This document shows, in pieces, positions 42,050-55,844 of a DNA stretch of 64,000 bases. How positions within the stretch are numbered: position 1 is the stretch's first letter; each line of letters starts with the position of its first letter. A model generated the notes under the pieces. It ran no database searches and was not told the DNA's origin. It saw nothing but the letters and a program-made list of their open reading frames with translations. This DNA is from Eledone cirrhosa (taxonomy: Eukaryota), in assembly GCA_964016885.1 (NCBI GenBank), contig OZ024741.1, forward strand, positions 316,014,001 to 316,078,000. The letters run 5' to 3'. The translations under genes were made by a program, and so were the position numbers.

Positions 42050-42225
42050 AGAATCGGTAGAGCGTCAGACACCACGCTTTCCAGCATAGTTACGTCACTT
42101 TACAGTCTGAATTCAAATCCCGCCGAGGTTAACTTTGCCTTTCATCCTTACGGGGTAGATAAAATAAAGTACCAGTAATGTACTGGTAATTTGCTGACCT
42201 TGTGCCTAAAGTGGAAACAATTATA
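42050..42225 (+). mobile_element. tRNA-derived SINE
   Basis: Same family as 16195-16360. Confidence 0.85.
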
Positions 42226-42318
42226 TCTATTTACATTGGTGATATCTCTGTATCTTCTTACATAAGAGAGGATGCAGTGATGAAGATTAGTGTAGTGTTG
42301 TGCGTTCTATTATGCACG

Positions 42319-42398
<80 letters not shown>

Positions 42399-42411
42399 TT
42401 GCTGCTGCTGT
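42319..42411. repeat. (TAC)n-(TGC)n microsatellite
   Basis: Direct reading. Confidence 0.95.
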
Positions 42412-42449
42412 TAATTCTCTCTTTTTTGTATTGTTTTGTTCCCTGCTAC

Positions 42450-42491
<42 letters not shown>

Positions 42492-42530
42492 GTGTGTGTA
42501 CGTGAGTGTGTGCGTATAGGCTTACACACG

Positions 42531-42582
<52 letters not shown>

Positions 42583-43568
42583 TACAAATATGTATTATTT
42601 TGCCTTCCTTGAGATTCGCGATGTTAGCAATGCAATATTCTCTTCTCTCTTCTCTTGTCTTGAAAATCCGTAAAGCCTTGTCTCTCTTCTCTGTACTTGT
42701 GTAGTTTTGTTGTTGTGAAGCAACAGATATATGCTTGCCACTCATCATACAGATTCCTCTATTGTTCACCTGCGATTCCTTTTCCAATGTATTTGCTTTC
42801 AATACATTCACGTTACCTTTCTATGGCGCTTTTACATATTTTTTATTATTTATTGTTTCGCTGGTGTGATTTGTAGATGGGTTTATTTGTTTTTTCTTTT
42901 GCCTTTTTATCTAACTCAGTCACTCTCCTTGTCACACTCTCTCATACTCACTAACCCACAATCTTCCGCATGTCTATATGTCTCTCTCTATTTCCTCCGT
43001 ATGTCCTTACACTCCTTCTCTCTTTCTCTCTCCCTCTCCATCCCTCTCTCACTCTCTCATTCCCTCTGTCTCCATAGCAATTCTTCGTGGTTTATGTCTA
43101 ACAGTTCAAGAGTAGAAAGCTTAATTACACCAACAAAGACACAAAGGTGTGTACTAAACACATTCTTATACAAATGTCTTAACACATCTGTGCACACATA
43201 TACGTTCGTACATACACACACAATATAAGTATGTATGTAAGTGTACAAAGACGTTCGTATGAGTGTAAACGCACATCTGTTTATGTGTGTTTGTGTGCTT
43301 ATATATACATGTTTTTTATGTATGTATATGTGTATATATATATGTATATATATGTGGGTGTGTGTGTGTGTGTGTTTGTGTTTGTATACATATACACATG
43401 TGTGGGTGTGCGTTCAAGTAGATATCTTTCACGTGAACAGAATCAATCTCATTGATAAATCTACGTATTTGTCATTCCATCTGGGTAGCTAGCTACATAC
43501 TTACATACAAATGCACACATAAGACTGTAAGTAATGTATTCAATACATTAGTAGAGTGTAAACAACAC

Positions 43569-43702
43569 ATTTAATATAGAAAAAGGCTTCTACAGGACTA
43601 GAACTGTTTCATTTGAATGAAATCATCAGGAAAGCTTTCCTGATGATTTCCTTCAAATGAAACAGTCCTTCTAGTCCTGTAGAAGCCATTTCTATATTAA
43701 AT
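43569..43702. repeat. Palindrome of two back-to-back HHR motifs (43587-43633 minus, 43636-43685 plus)
   Basis: tttc CTGATGA tttccttcaaat GAAA cag..ctg TA gaag; centre aaagcttt; stem II weak. Confidence 0.7.
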
Positions 43703-43704
43703 TT

Positions 43705-43761
<57 letters not shown>

Positions 43762-43763
<2 letters not shown>

Positions 43764-44560
43764 TAGCAGCAGTACCCAGTGTTGCCTGGGTAGGTAAAAT
43801 AATATCTGCTTTGATGACAAGGTGTTGATCTTAGCTACTGCTTCTCGATGACTCATCTATGGCCACACACAGGCCATGCGGGGGAGGGTGGTGATGACCT
43901 CTATCACTGAGTAATGCGGGTGACTGACGAAGGGTCATGCTGGGGGAGGGAGTTTCGAATTTGAACGAAATCGATTGAAAAATGTGGGAGTTAGAACCGA
44001 AAAGGCGGAAATTTGAGTGAAAAGGTGGTATTTTCGAATATTTAAGCGGCTGTTCCTGAATAAAAAATCCAAAATGTAAAGCCACTTTAAGACGTGAAAT
44101 AATCAGATCTAACGTATGTTAATCAAAGTAGGTTGATTAATGTGGGAGCTAGAGCCTAAAAAGTAGAAATTTGAGTCTAAAACTGGTATTTTTGAATATT
44201 TAAGCGGATGCCACGCCATCCCTGAACAACAAATTCAATGTATAAAGCCATTACAGGATGTACAATGATAAATTCTATTTTTCCTTAAAATTCGAACGAA
44301 ATCGGTTGCAAAATGTGGGAGCTAGAGCCCAAAATCTTATTTTTCGATACCTAAAAAAAGGTGGCCCTACTATCGATTTTTATCTGTAGAATGACACTGG
44401 AATAAAAAAAAAAACGATACGCTGGTATATAGAAAACACTCCCCGATGACTAATCTATGAGCCTGTAAAGTTTCATGAAAATCGGTTGTAAGATGTAGAC
44501 CCCTACAGGTAATACACAGACACACAGACATACATACACACATACTTAATTTTATATATA
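43762..44560 (+). mobile_element. Non-autonomous Helentron/Helitron-like element
   Basis: Start actagcagcagtacccagtgttgcctggg; three internal repeats of aatgtgggag(c/t)tagag/accc..aa; end aagtttcatgaaaatcggttg..(ACAG)-like..ttaattttatata. Confidence 0.6.
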
Positions 44561-44639
44561 TATACAGATATATATAGATATATAGTAGTGAAAGAGTGAA
44601 GAATAACATGGTCGGCTGTACAAAAAGGGTTTTATTTAT

Positions 44640-47330
44640 ATTATTAACAATTGTTTCATTGATCAGGTGAGTCTAAAGGCTGCTAATCACTCGAAGTTGT
44701 GTCACTCGATTTTAAAAACAGTGTTTTCCTCTGATCAAATATAAATATATATAAAATACAGAGGTAATTGAAATTAAATAAATACATACACGCATCCATA
44801 TACGTACATACACAAGCATACGAGAAAACACTCACCATAGGTATACAAATACACGCACGTACACAAGAAAAAAAAACCCGCACGCACATACAGAACCCAT
44901 GCAACGCCTGTACCCGCACGCATACGAATGCACACACCAAATACACATAAAAATATATATTAAAATATATATATATATATGTGTGTGTGTGCGTGTATAC
45001 ATATAATTAAATAAACGTATATAAATAAATAAATACGTATATAACAAGCGCACACACATACCTACATGTAAATACACATATGTTCGGAGACGAACGTCAA
45101 CCAAAACACAAAGTACACATATACACACACACTACATACGTACGAACCCGCATATTCACACAGACGCAAAACTCACGTATACACATAACCAAAAGCATAT
45201 GTACCTGAATATATAATATATACGCCATAACATATACAATCAAATATACGTACGAGAAAGTATACGTACCTTCACAAAACATACAGGTAATATATACTTA
45301 CCTATACAAATAAGTAATGGTATAAACATAACATATACTTAGCTACCACATCAAGACGTAAAATATCCGCGTATAGTTCGTACTATCCGTTAGGGTATAA
45401 TGTGGGGCTGTAATACAGGAAAGTTTTGTGCAATTTATGTTTACAAGCCGAAATTGCCTCAGATTTTTTGTTTAAGATGTGGTCTTTGGCGTAGAGTATT
45501 TCCAGGACCAGAGCGGCGCAGAGGTCACATGGTCTTTTATTTCCGTTATACGATCTAGCGCAAGCTAGGATCTGCCAGTGTAATTTATATTGGGTGTGGT
45601 TGTCTTTTAGACTCCAGATATAAGCTGAAAGTGTCGTCATATTCCTTCTTAAAGGGTTACGAAAAGAATGGGTATGCATGTAAATACGCTGCTTGAATCT
45701 ATTGGCGGTTAACCCTATGTAGGCCCTACGGGACGTGGGTGTTTCAACCTTACATTTGTAGAAAATGTTACTCTTTGAAAAAAAGCTCGTTAGTAGATAG
45801 ACGGGGAAGCCTCAAAGAAACGTTTCTTACCAGGTTATTGGTTATGCTGGCAGGATGGTTAGAATGCTTACTTATATAATTAAGCGTATCATTCGGCTTT
45901 CTATACGGGTAATGCAAGCTATTCGATAAATTGAGGGTAACGTCGAGGTAATTAACGACTGAGAGGTTGGCCTCAACCTGTATGGAGAGGTTGAAGCCTT
46001 TAAAGAAGGCTATGAGTTCTTTTCTGAACCTGTCGCAAGCACGTGCGCCGCACTTAGTCATGGTCAAAAGACCATCATCACGGTACAAACCACTGCCCAC
46101 GTTGGGGAATTCTTTCTTGATAGAGAAAAGAGGGAAAAGGCCGATAAGATCAGTAACCTCCGCAGAATCGCTGGCGCCCATACTCACGTCGAATGGGGTA
46201 CTATTAGATTTTTTAATCCAAATAGAGTCATCGAAATTAATCACCGGCTAACGGGCATTGAGGATGACATCAACTTCGAAATCCTTAACCACTGTCAGTG
46301 TTTTAATGAAATTGATAGCTCTAAAGAGAAGTGGTAAAGTGATGGAGGAGTAGTAATTATTGATGTCAAATTGGATAAAACGGCAATGTTCCTTGTTGCA
46401 TATGCCGTTGAACCAATCAATCACCGCGAAAGAATTGTTCCACAGTGCAAGAGGGGCCAAACTTCTAATTTCAGGTATAATTCTATCAATAATCCTTTTA
46501 CTAAGTCTACCTAAATTGGACTTCGTTGGGTTAATAAGCCGAATAGAGGAGTTGTTTGGAAAATTGGATTTGTTATCCTTCAGGGTAAAGTAGGGAGAAA
46601 TAGGGTCCAGAGGTTCAGGTCGGTCCAGGATGTTGAGATCAGAGGTGATTTTAAACCCAGCATCGTTGATTTCATTAATGACGCTTCGATTAGTTTTACG
46701 GTAATCTTTACTTACAGCATTATGTAGCAGTTGATGGTAAGTACTGGGCTCCACTTGATATAGATTGCCAGTTTTGTCGGGATGGACGTGCACGGCATTA
46801 GAATCCTTAATAGGACGAATTCTTTTCTTCAGGTCCTGCTGGAAGGAATTGCTCCTATTCCGAAATTTGATACTCCGTATGAGTTCCAAGACATCATTTT
46901 CGAAGGGTAGCAATGCTGGGTTACTCGGAGGGTTATTATAGGTTTTAAACCCAAATTTATCCTGTTTGTTGTCTGCTTTTCCCTGATTATTGAAATAAAA
47001 GGCCCGCCAACACGACCTTTTAATGAACGCGTCTGTTTTCTGTATCAGGAGTTTTAGGTATGTTTTCCTGCTTGGCACGGGTATGTTCTTTGTAGAAATA
47101 TTCAGATGTTGTTTCTGCATGATGAATATAAGTCAATAGAGTCTCAACTGAGGGAGCCAAATAGTAATAATAATAAATTTGAAGACTAAAATCCAAATAA
47201 ATAAGGACCGTAGAGCAAATATTTATTAAAATAACATATTAAAGTTTAAGCAAAGAATCGCTGCTTTTACCCTTAACCTGATCTTCTGAAACTAACAAAG
47301 TCAATCTGTGAACGCAGAAGTGAATATTTC
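44640..47330 (-). mobile_element. Penelope-like element, internally deleted
   Basis: ORFs 47120-46248 (FIQFDI), 46244-45768 (MGASDSAEVTDLIG, GLYRDDGL), GIY-YIG FYKC..AYIGLT..FKQR near 45765-45383; HHR-like fold at 47243-47293 upstream. Confidence 0.9.
47243..47293 (-). ncRNA. HHR-like fold, U4A core, further mutated
   Basis: Reverse strand: agttt CAGAAGA tcaggttaagggt AAAA gca-N9-tgc TT aaact; same family as 40165-40216. Confidence 0.5.
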
Positions 47331-47335
47331 AAAAA

Positions 47336-48985
47336 AGGATTTCGAAGTTGATGTCATCCTCAATGCCCGTAAGTTGGTGATTAATTTCGATGACTCTATT
47401 TGGATTAAAAAATCTAATAGTACCCCATTCGACGTGAGTATGGGCGCCAGCGATTCTGCGGAGGTTACTGATCTTATCGGCCTTTTCCTTCTTTTCTCTA
47501 TCAAGGAAGAATTCCCCAACGTGGGTGGTGGTTTGTACCGTGATGATGGTCTTTTGACCATGACTAAGTGCGGCGCACGTGCTTGCGACAGGTTCAGAAA
47601 AGAACTCATAGCCTTCTTTAAAGGCTCCAACCTCTCCATACATGTTGAGGCCAACCTCTCGGTCGTTAATTACCCCGACGTTACCCTCAATTTACCGAAT
47701 GGCTTGCATTACCCGTATAGAAAGCCGAATGATACGTTTAATTACATAAGTAAGCATTCTAACCATCCTGCCAGCATAACCAAGAACCTGGTAAGAAACG
47801 TTTCTTTGAGGCTTTCCCGTCTATCTACTAACAAGCATATATTTTCAACGACCATTCCACATATTACAATGAAGCTCTTGCTCGGAGTGGATTTGTCGAT
47901 AAGGTAGCATATACAGAGTACGAGAATAGACCTAGAAGAAATAGATCCCGACGCATTATATGGTATAACCCACCATATAATATGGAGGTTGCCACACCAT
48001 TAGCTAAGATCTTTCTCTCCCCTTTTATGAAGCATGTTCTCCCTACACATAAATATAATAAAATGTTTAATAGAAATACTATTAAAATTTCTTACTCTAC
48101 GACTACTAACCTTTCACATAATATCACTGCTTCAAATTTAGCTAAACTACCTAGCCGTAGCTGAGGCTAGATCGTATAACAGAAATAAAAGACCATGTGA
48201 GCTCTGTGCCGCTGAGGCCCTGGAAATACTCTACGCCAAAAACCGCATCTTAAACAAAAAATCTGAGGCAATTTCGGCTTGTAAACATAAATTGCACAAA
48301 ACTTTCCTGTATTACAGCCCCACATTATACCCTAACGGATAGTACGAACTATACGAGGATATTTTACGTTTTGGTGTGGTAGCTAAGTATATGTTATGTT
48401 TATACCATTACTTATTTTTATAGGTAAGTATATATTACCTGTATGTTTTGTGAAGGTACGTATACTTTCTCGTACGTATATTTGATTGTATATGTTATGG
48501 CGTATATATTATATATTCTGGTACATATGCTTTTGGTTCTGTGTATACGTGAGTTTTGCACCTGTGTGAGTATGCGGGTTCGTACGTATGTAGGGTGTGT
48601 GTATATGTGCACTCTGTGTTTTGGTTGACGTTCGTCTCCGAACATATGTGTATTTACATGTAGGTATGTGTGTGCGCTTGTTATATACGTATTTATTTAT
48701 TTATATACGTTTATTTAATTATATGTATACAGGCACACACACACGCACACATATATATATTTTTTTTTATATATTTTGTTATGTGTATTTCGTGTATACA
48801 TTCGTATGCGCGCGGGTACAGGCGTTGCGTGGGTTCTGTATGTGCGTGCGGTTTTTTAATTTTTATTTTTTTGTACGTGCGTGTATTTGTATACCTATGG
48901 CGAGTGTTTTCTCGTATGTTTGTGTATGCACGTATATGGATGCGTGTATGTATTTATTTAATTTCAATTACCTCTGTATTTTATT
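47336..48985 (+). mobile_element. 5'-truncated inverted copy of the same PLE family
   Basis: ORF 47308-47907 nearly identical to 46244-45768; 3' UTR 48165-48985 is the reverse complement of 44750-45560. Confidence 0.9.
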
Positions 48986-49153
48986 TACTTTATTCTTAAC
49001 TCTGAAGCCAAGAATCATTCGGTTTCCTAGTTAGAATTTTAGTCTACGACTTCAGTTATACCATTTACGTGGTTTTGTCTTTGCGTGCAATTGTTCTCCA
49101 CGCTCCACATACGACGTATTATCTTCGTTTTTTTCGTTCATTGCCAGAGAACG

Positions 49154-49280
<127 letters not shown>

Positions 49281-49559
49281 GTCTTATTGTAATTTTTAAT
49301 TTTAATGTTGGTAAAGGTATATTATAGTATGTTATATTGTATTATATAAAATTCCTGCTCTATATAACCACCTTCGTTTAGCTCTAGTTTTTGCTTTGGA
49401 CTATATTTGTAATATGGTTCTTAATGTTATATACATCCTTAGTAATTATTATCATATATTTTTATTATATATTTTTGTAATACTTCAGTGTATGTACACT
49501 CCATATTCTTCGGGGCTTCCGGCTTGTATCTGCCGATATTACTTCTTGTTGTTTTAATT

Positions 49560-49597
49560 GCCCTGATGAGTCCTTAATAGGACGAAACATTGTCGGC
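49560..49597 (+). ncRNA. Minimal type I hammerhead ribozyme in 5' pLTR
   Basis: gcc CTGATGA gtcct taat aggac GAAA c att g TC ggc, followed by AATAAA. Confidence 0.9.
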
Positions 49598-49822
49598 TAA
49601 TAAAGACTTTTGATGTATTGAAGGCTTCTTTGTTTTACTCTCTTAATTTTTCGGCTCTGTTTAACTACATTGAGCTATACCTTTTACTGTCATTTCTATA
49701 ATACGAAGAGGGTGTTTAACTCCAACACACTCCAGTATTTTAACCCTTGTCACTGCTCCCGATCGGTTGAGCTTCCTCATATATACTGGTATTTTGGCCT
49801 TTATATATATATATCTGACAGT

Positions 49823-52492
49823 ATGCTAACAAAGAGTTACCTGCCTTTATCTCTGAAGAATATTCCCACCCCCTCTAAGAATACTTACGAAAAACTATTG
49901 ATAGCTAGTGTTAACTCCTTTGTAAAAAGGATTAGATGGCGTGCTTTCCACTATGATAATAATAAGAATAGGAAGGACCCCAGGAATAGAACTATTTTTA
50001 ATAACTATGGCTTCAAAACTTATAAGAGCCCACCACACAATATTCTGTTAGATAGTTTTGAAAGTGACTTACTCTCTCTTGTCAAAAATATTAGGTATAG
50101 GCCAAATAATAGACATAGAAATTATAATAATTTTGATAAGTTCCAGTCTAGACTTAAAAATATTAAGGGTTTCGGTGAGAATAAGTCCATTCTTGTCCCA
50201 GCGGATAAGACTAAAAATCTATACTCCATGGATTATAGTGCTTACCGCGACTTTATTTATAAGGAGCTGCATAGAAACTATAAAAAAACTACACTTGAGA
50301 ATTTGAACCACATCAATAGTGATGGCCTTAGAATTGTCTCTGACCTCGGCCTCGATAAGTATACCCTCGAGAACCGAGATTCACTCTTAAGGATCATAAG
50401 GTTGATTTTATTAGTAACCCCTCTGTTAGACTCATCTGTCCTTCTAAGTCTGATATAGCCATTATCAGTAAAAAGATCCTTGACCTTATTATACCAGATG
50501 TTAGGGATAAGGTTAATTTTAACCTATGGGGGAACACTAAGGAAGTTATAGATTGGTTCTCCGGGATTAATAGACTTGAATCTAATAAGTTTATCCAATT
50601 CGATATTGATGCCTACTACACATCAATTTCACCCGTCCTCCTCAATAAAGCTTTAATGTTGGCCATGAGAGTGTCCAGCCTTACACGATCACAGGTAGAT
50701 ATTATACTAGCAGCCCGTAAAACTATTATTAAATTTGAGGACAAATTTTGGACCCGTAAAAACACGCCCAACAATTTCGACGTTACAATGGGTTCGCGTG
50801 ATCGGCCCAGGTTACTGATCTTGTTGGGTTGTTCCTCCTTAATGAACTATATGCTACCTTCCCGCACCTTATAGGCGGACTATATCGTGATGATGCATTG
50901 TTTGTAATCAACTCTAGCACCAACAATGTAGAACATAATAAGAAGAAGCTTTATAAGTTTTTTAAAAGCTATAACCTTTCGATCACGATAGATAGAAATG
51001 ATAGAGCGGTTAACTTTTTAGATGTGACTTTGGACTTGGTCACTAATAGTTTTAAACCCTTCCATAAGCCTATTGAAATACTTTCTTATGTTAGTCCCAA
51101 TTCTAACCACCCCAAGTCTATGATAAGCTCTATAATTAAGGGTGTATCTAATAGGATTTCCACACTCTCTAAGGACGTAGGAACATTTAATGAACATGCG
51201 GAGTACTATAATAATGCCCTAGCAAATTCAGGTTACTCTAGTAAAATACATTATAATAATAGTAACCTTAGAAAGTCTCCGTCTACCTTTAATAATAATA
51301 ACATAATATCACATAACATGGCCATGAATGTGAGTAGCAAACATAGTAACCGTAGAAATTATATAGGTGTATCTGAACCCACCCATAAGTTAACCCACCG
51401 AACCCGTAATAGTGAATATAATACCTCTAGGAAACAAGTTGAACCCCCTGAGCGCTCACACATTGGTGATAATTTAGCTGGATCTTATTCTGATAATGTT
51501 GCTCCTACTGATCCTATCATTGGCCCTGATCCTTATGATGGGATTCCGGACAGCAGCAGATCTACTGGAGGTAGAAACTGTAATAGACTTAATGAAATTT
51601 TGGCTGATTCTATGAATGCGGCTTTAACTAATCCTTGTAGTAACCCTAGTCTCGATGGTGGGATACTCGATAATGGTAGAGTCGGTAAGAATAAAAATAG
51701 AAGGCGATTAAACACTTATTTTAACCCGCCATATAATCAGGAAGTATCAACCAATATCCCTAGGTCTTTCTTCTCTATCTTAGAGAAAAATTCCCCCCTT
51801 CTCATAAATACCATAGTATTTTTAATAAAAATGTTATTAAACTTTCATTCTCTACCACCCCTAATATTAGTTCTCATTTAGCTAGCACTAACAATAGGAA
51901 AATTAGGGATGGATTCTCCTCTCTACATACTACTAGTCTGAACAGATCTGGCAATGCATTACCACCAGAACAGTCCTTATCTAATAGCAATCCTACGTGT
52001 AATGCATCACCACTTGAGTCAACCAATAACACCCGGAAGTGCAATTGTAGAGTGAGTGCTAATTGCCCTTTAAACCGTAACTGCCTTTCTAAGAACATTG
52101 TCTATGCTTGCGAAGTTATAACTAATTCCTCTAATAGAACTTATATAGGCTCTACATCTAACACTTTTAAGACTAGGTTTAACTCTCATATCTCTAATTT
52201 CAAGCATGTTAAGTTTAAGAATTCTACTTCTTTAGCACATTATGTCTGGGATCTTAAGATAGCTAATATACCATATAGCCTTAACTGGCGTTTAGTAGCA
52301 CGCTCTAACCACCTTTCTACACATACTAAGTTTTGTAATCTCTGTATCCTCGAGACACACTCTATAATCTTCTCTAGCGCATCTTTACTTAATAGAAAAT
52401 CTGAGATATTCTCTTCTTGCCCCCAAGCTATTTCTAATTCATACTTTTATTATAAACCTAAACGTTCTAGTAGTACAAATTGTACCCATTAG
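49823..52492 (+). pseudogene. PLE RT/GIY-YIG polyprotein, frameshifted
   Basis: Pieces 49670-50458, 50656-50874, 50829-51881 and 52052-52492 in the ORF track. Confidence 0.9.
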
Positions 52493-54282
52493 CTGATATA
52501 TTCCATTATTTAGTTTTTAGTTTAGGTCCTTTTGTTTGCCAACATTATTATTATCATCATTATTATAATTGGTTTTTGATGACTCTTCATTCTAGATCTC
52601 ATAATCTTTTGGCTACTGTACCACATCTATCTTCTTACGCATTAAATTTTCACTGTTACACCTTATGAATGTTTATAAGATTATATATTTTACGCTATTT
52701 ATTTTATTTTATTCTTATTCTTATTCTTATTTTTATTTTTATCTTTATTCGGATTCTTCTTTGGAATTCGGATTCTTTATGCGCACATAAACTTATTGTC
52801 AACCCCTCCAAATTGACTAGGATTATATTATATTTAACCCCCCCCCCCTCTTTTACACTCCTTTCTATTATGTAATATAGTATATCGACTATATTTTATG
52901 CCCATTTGCATCCTCCATACATTTCTTCATTTCTGTCCCTATTAGCCTACCTTAATTCTGCTTAAGTCAGTTTTTTAGATATCGTTATGTATATGATAAT
53001 AAAAAATGTTCATTCCTTTTTGTAAACATTTGGAACGAAATATTAACGTTTATAAACTTTAATGACTTAAACTATAGCCAATATTATACTGCCTTATTGG
53101 ATAGTTTAAATATTTTTAATATTAATTTTTAATATTAATTTATCAAATAGGGTTTTCGAGTCATTTACAGGGGTTGTTTCCTTAGCTTTTACTTAACTAC
53201 TTAACTGCATGTGAGACCTAAATGTATACGTTTGTTTTTGTTTTTTAATTTCCGGTTGATTCTATTTATTTATTTTATTCTATATTTTATATTTTATATT
53301 TTATTTGTAATACTACTGTGCATTATATTTACTGTCTGGCACTTACTCACTCATCCATATACATGTCTGTCTATCAACCTTGTAGTTATAAGTAATTATA
53401 TATTATATTGTATTAATTTATTTTATATAATATATTATATCATATTGTATTTTTTATTGTAATATTGATCCTTATTACGTACCGTTAATTATATGTAACA
53501 TTATGTTAAACATTATATATCATGTAAGATGTTTCTACTTCTGTACCACCATAAGTTTTTTGAGGTATTGTACAATTTATTTTTCCTCACCTACTCTGTA
53601 ACCCAATATGAATCGATTTGTTAACTTGAGTACATTGATAAATGTTAGTATATTGTATATTGTAAATGTTATTATTATTATATTATTATTGTGACATCTA
53701 TATTGTTTGTGTAAATTAACCGGAGATTATCTATTCTATTATATTGTATTATATAGTATATAATTGTATTATTTATTATTATATGTGTTACTTATAATTA
53801 TATCATATTATTACCTCATGTATATTGGGTAGATGTATTAGTATTATTATTATTATTATTTTCATTCCTATCATGCTTATTTTTATATTCAAATTCTTAA
53901 TAAGGTTTAATTTGTGCAGTGGAAGATGGATGTGTGTATTGTTGTATGTGTATGTGTGTGTACGTGTGCGCACATATATACATATGCATATTGTATCTTT
54001 TGATTTTTATTGTAATTTTTAATTTTAATGTTGGTAAAGGTATATTATAGTATGTTATATTGTATTATATAAAATTCCTGCTCTATATAACCACCTTTGT
54101 TTAGCTCTAGTTTTTGCTTTGGACTATATTTGTAATATGGTTCTTAATGTTATATACATCCTTAGTAATTATTATCATATATTTTTATTATATATTTTTG
54201 TAATACTTCAGTGTATGTACACTCCATATTCTTCGGAGCTTCCGGCTTGTATCTGCCGATATTACTTCTTGTTGTTTTAATT

Positions 54283-54320
54283 GCCCTGATGAGTCCTTAA
54301 TAGGACGAAACATTGTCGGC
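54283..54320 (+). ncRNA. Minimal type I hammerhead ribozyme in 3' pLTR
   Basis: Identical to 49560-49597. Confidence 0.9.
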
Positions 54321-54414
54321 TAATAAAGACTTTTGATGTATTGAAGTCTTCTTTGTTTTACTCTCTTAATATATATATATATATATATATATAGTATATG
54401 CATATATTATGTCC

Positions 54415-54600
54415 GATCACTCTCGAGCGCTACTGGTAACATGTAACGCAGCAGAAACTGTTGCATGGTTGGATTTTCGGTGACTAAACCAGCAACCCCA
54501 CAAAGCTCCCTTGTTTAGGAGGGTGATCTTGGACATCCTTTGAGATGAAAAACAAAGGGCGGAGGAACTCATGAGAGTCAAAGGACATCCAAGAATATGT
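54415..54600 (+). mobile_element. 5' head fragment of the RTE family
   Basis: gctactggtaacatgtaac...gactaaaccagcaacccc matches 19711-19785. Confidence 0.65.
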
Positions 54601-54957
54601 ATACATGTACATAATTGTGTGAACATGTGACTGTGTTTATATATATATATAACAACTAGAAATTGATTAACATATAAATAAACATATGAAACAATCATAT
54701 TATAAGGTATCTATTTCTGAAGTTCTAGTTAACTTTAATTAGTTACCTACCTAGCTACACACTTGTAAAAATTATCCCCTGTGATTGTTTCATATGTTTA
54801 TTTATATGTTAATCAATTTCTAGTTGTTATAAAATGCTCGGACCTATTCATTAGAATCTTGGAGCTTATTTTACGGGTGATATGGCGCATGCCTTTCTGA
54901 CATGACACCCATAATTTTGATTTAGATTAAATTCATTTTGATTTATCTTAATTTTGG

Positions 54958-54989
<32 letters not shown>

Positions 54990-55318
54990 TTTTATAAACC
55001 TATAATTAATTAAAGCGTAATCCAATGCAAGCGGCATTCATTGATAAATAATAAGAATCATTTTTGAATTTTCTGTCTAGTGTCTGAATACGACGGTTTC
55101 TTATCCTCTCCTTTTCTTTTTTCTCTTCCTCTTTTTTTTCTCTCCGCATCTTCACTTTCAACTTCTCTTCTATATTTCTTTGTTGCTTTACGTCTTCTCT
55201 AAGTTTATCATATTATTTGTGGTATATAAATGTTGAGAGTTGGGGAAATAACTTACTACTACTACAGGGATTGAAGGTTCAAGACCTTAGTGGTATGTCG
55301 TATAACCAATTTCTTATA

Positions 55319-55377
55319 TTTTATCTGATGAAATCTTACTGAAACACCATTGTACCTTTGAAATATGTATAATAAAA
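55319..55377 (+). ncRNA. Decayed hammerhead ribozyme (family E)
   Basis: ttttat CTGATGA ... GAAA tatgta TA ataaaa; stem II eroded; CT-rich upstream region as at 7500-7720. Confidence 0.5.
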
Positions 55378-55463
55378 TATATACTTTGGTTATGATAATA
55401 TTTCTCATTTATTAATATTTTGAATATTTTATATATATATATATGTGTGTGTGTCTGTCTGTC

Positions 55464-55528
<65 letters not shown>

Positions 55529-55844
55529 TTAACTTTTCTACCTTTTAAATCTTTTGATCTTTAACTCCCTTAACTTTTAATTCTTTTAGCTTTTTTTTTT
55601 ACTTCCAAATTATTTCCATCTTTTAACTTTTTTTTTTTTTAATTTCTATTTATATATCATCATTAGTTTCGAACACCTGGCTTTTTCATATAGATAGGCG
55701 AGGGCGTGCCCTGGCACCTTAAAACCAGTACTTGATCAAGCCAGCCATCAATTGATCTACGACCTAGTTTCCATCAGACAAGTGGCACATCGTGCACCAG
55801 TACAGGGAATGCCTCTAGGTGGAATGAGTAGGTTCTGTCCAGCA

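Larger units (their letters stand above)
49284..54370 (+). mobile_element. Complete Penelope-like element with 364-bp direct pLTRs, each containing an HHR
   Basis: 49284-49647 equals 54007-54370 with about 3 substitutions; frameshifted ORF 49823-52492 with FIQFDI, GGLYRDDAL, VNFLDVTL, CNCRxxxxCPLxxxCL, IVY..YIGST, CNLC; flanked by (GA)n and (TA)n. Confidence 0.93.

Noticed and set aside
42202-42704. Poly-Tyr/Cys/Leu ORFs
   Set aside because: (TAC)n(TGC)n microsatellite
43960-44345. CRISPR-like spaced repeats
   Set aside because: Eukaryotic context; degenerate internal repeats of a Helentron-like element with irregular, related spacers
49823-52700. Selenocysteine recoding or SECIS, as reported for some PLEs
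   Set aside because: ORF breaks are frameshifts and the conserved Cys positions checked are TGY codons; no in-frame TGA at conserved sites was seen
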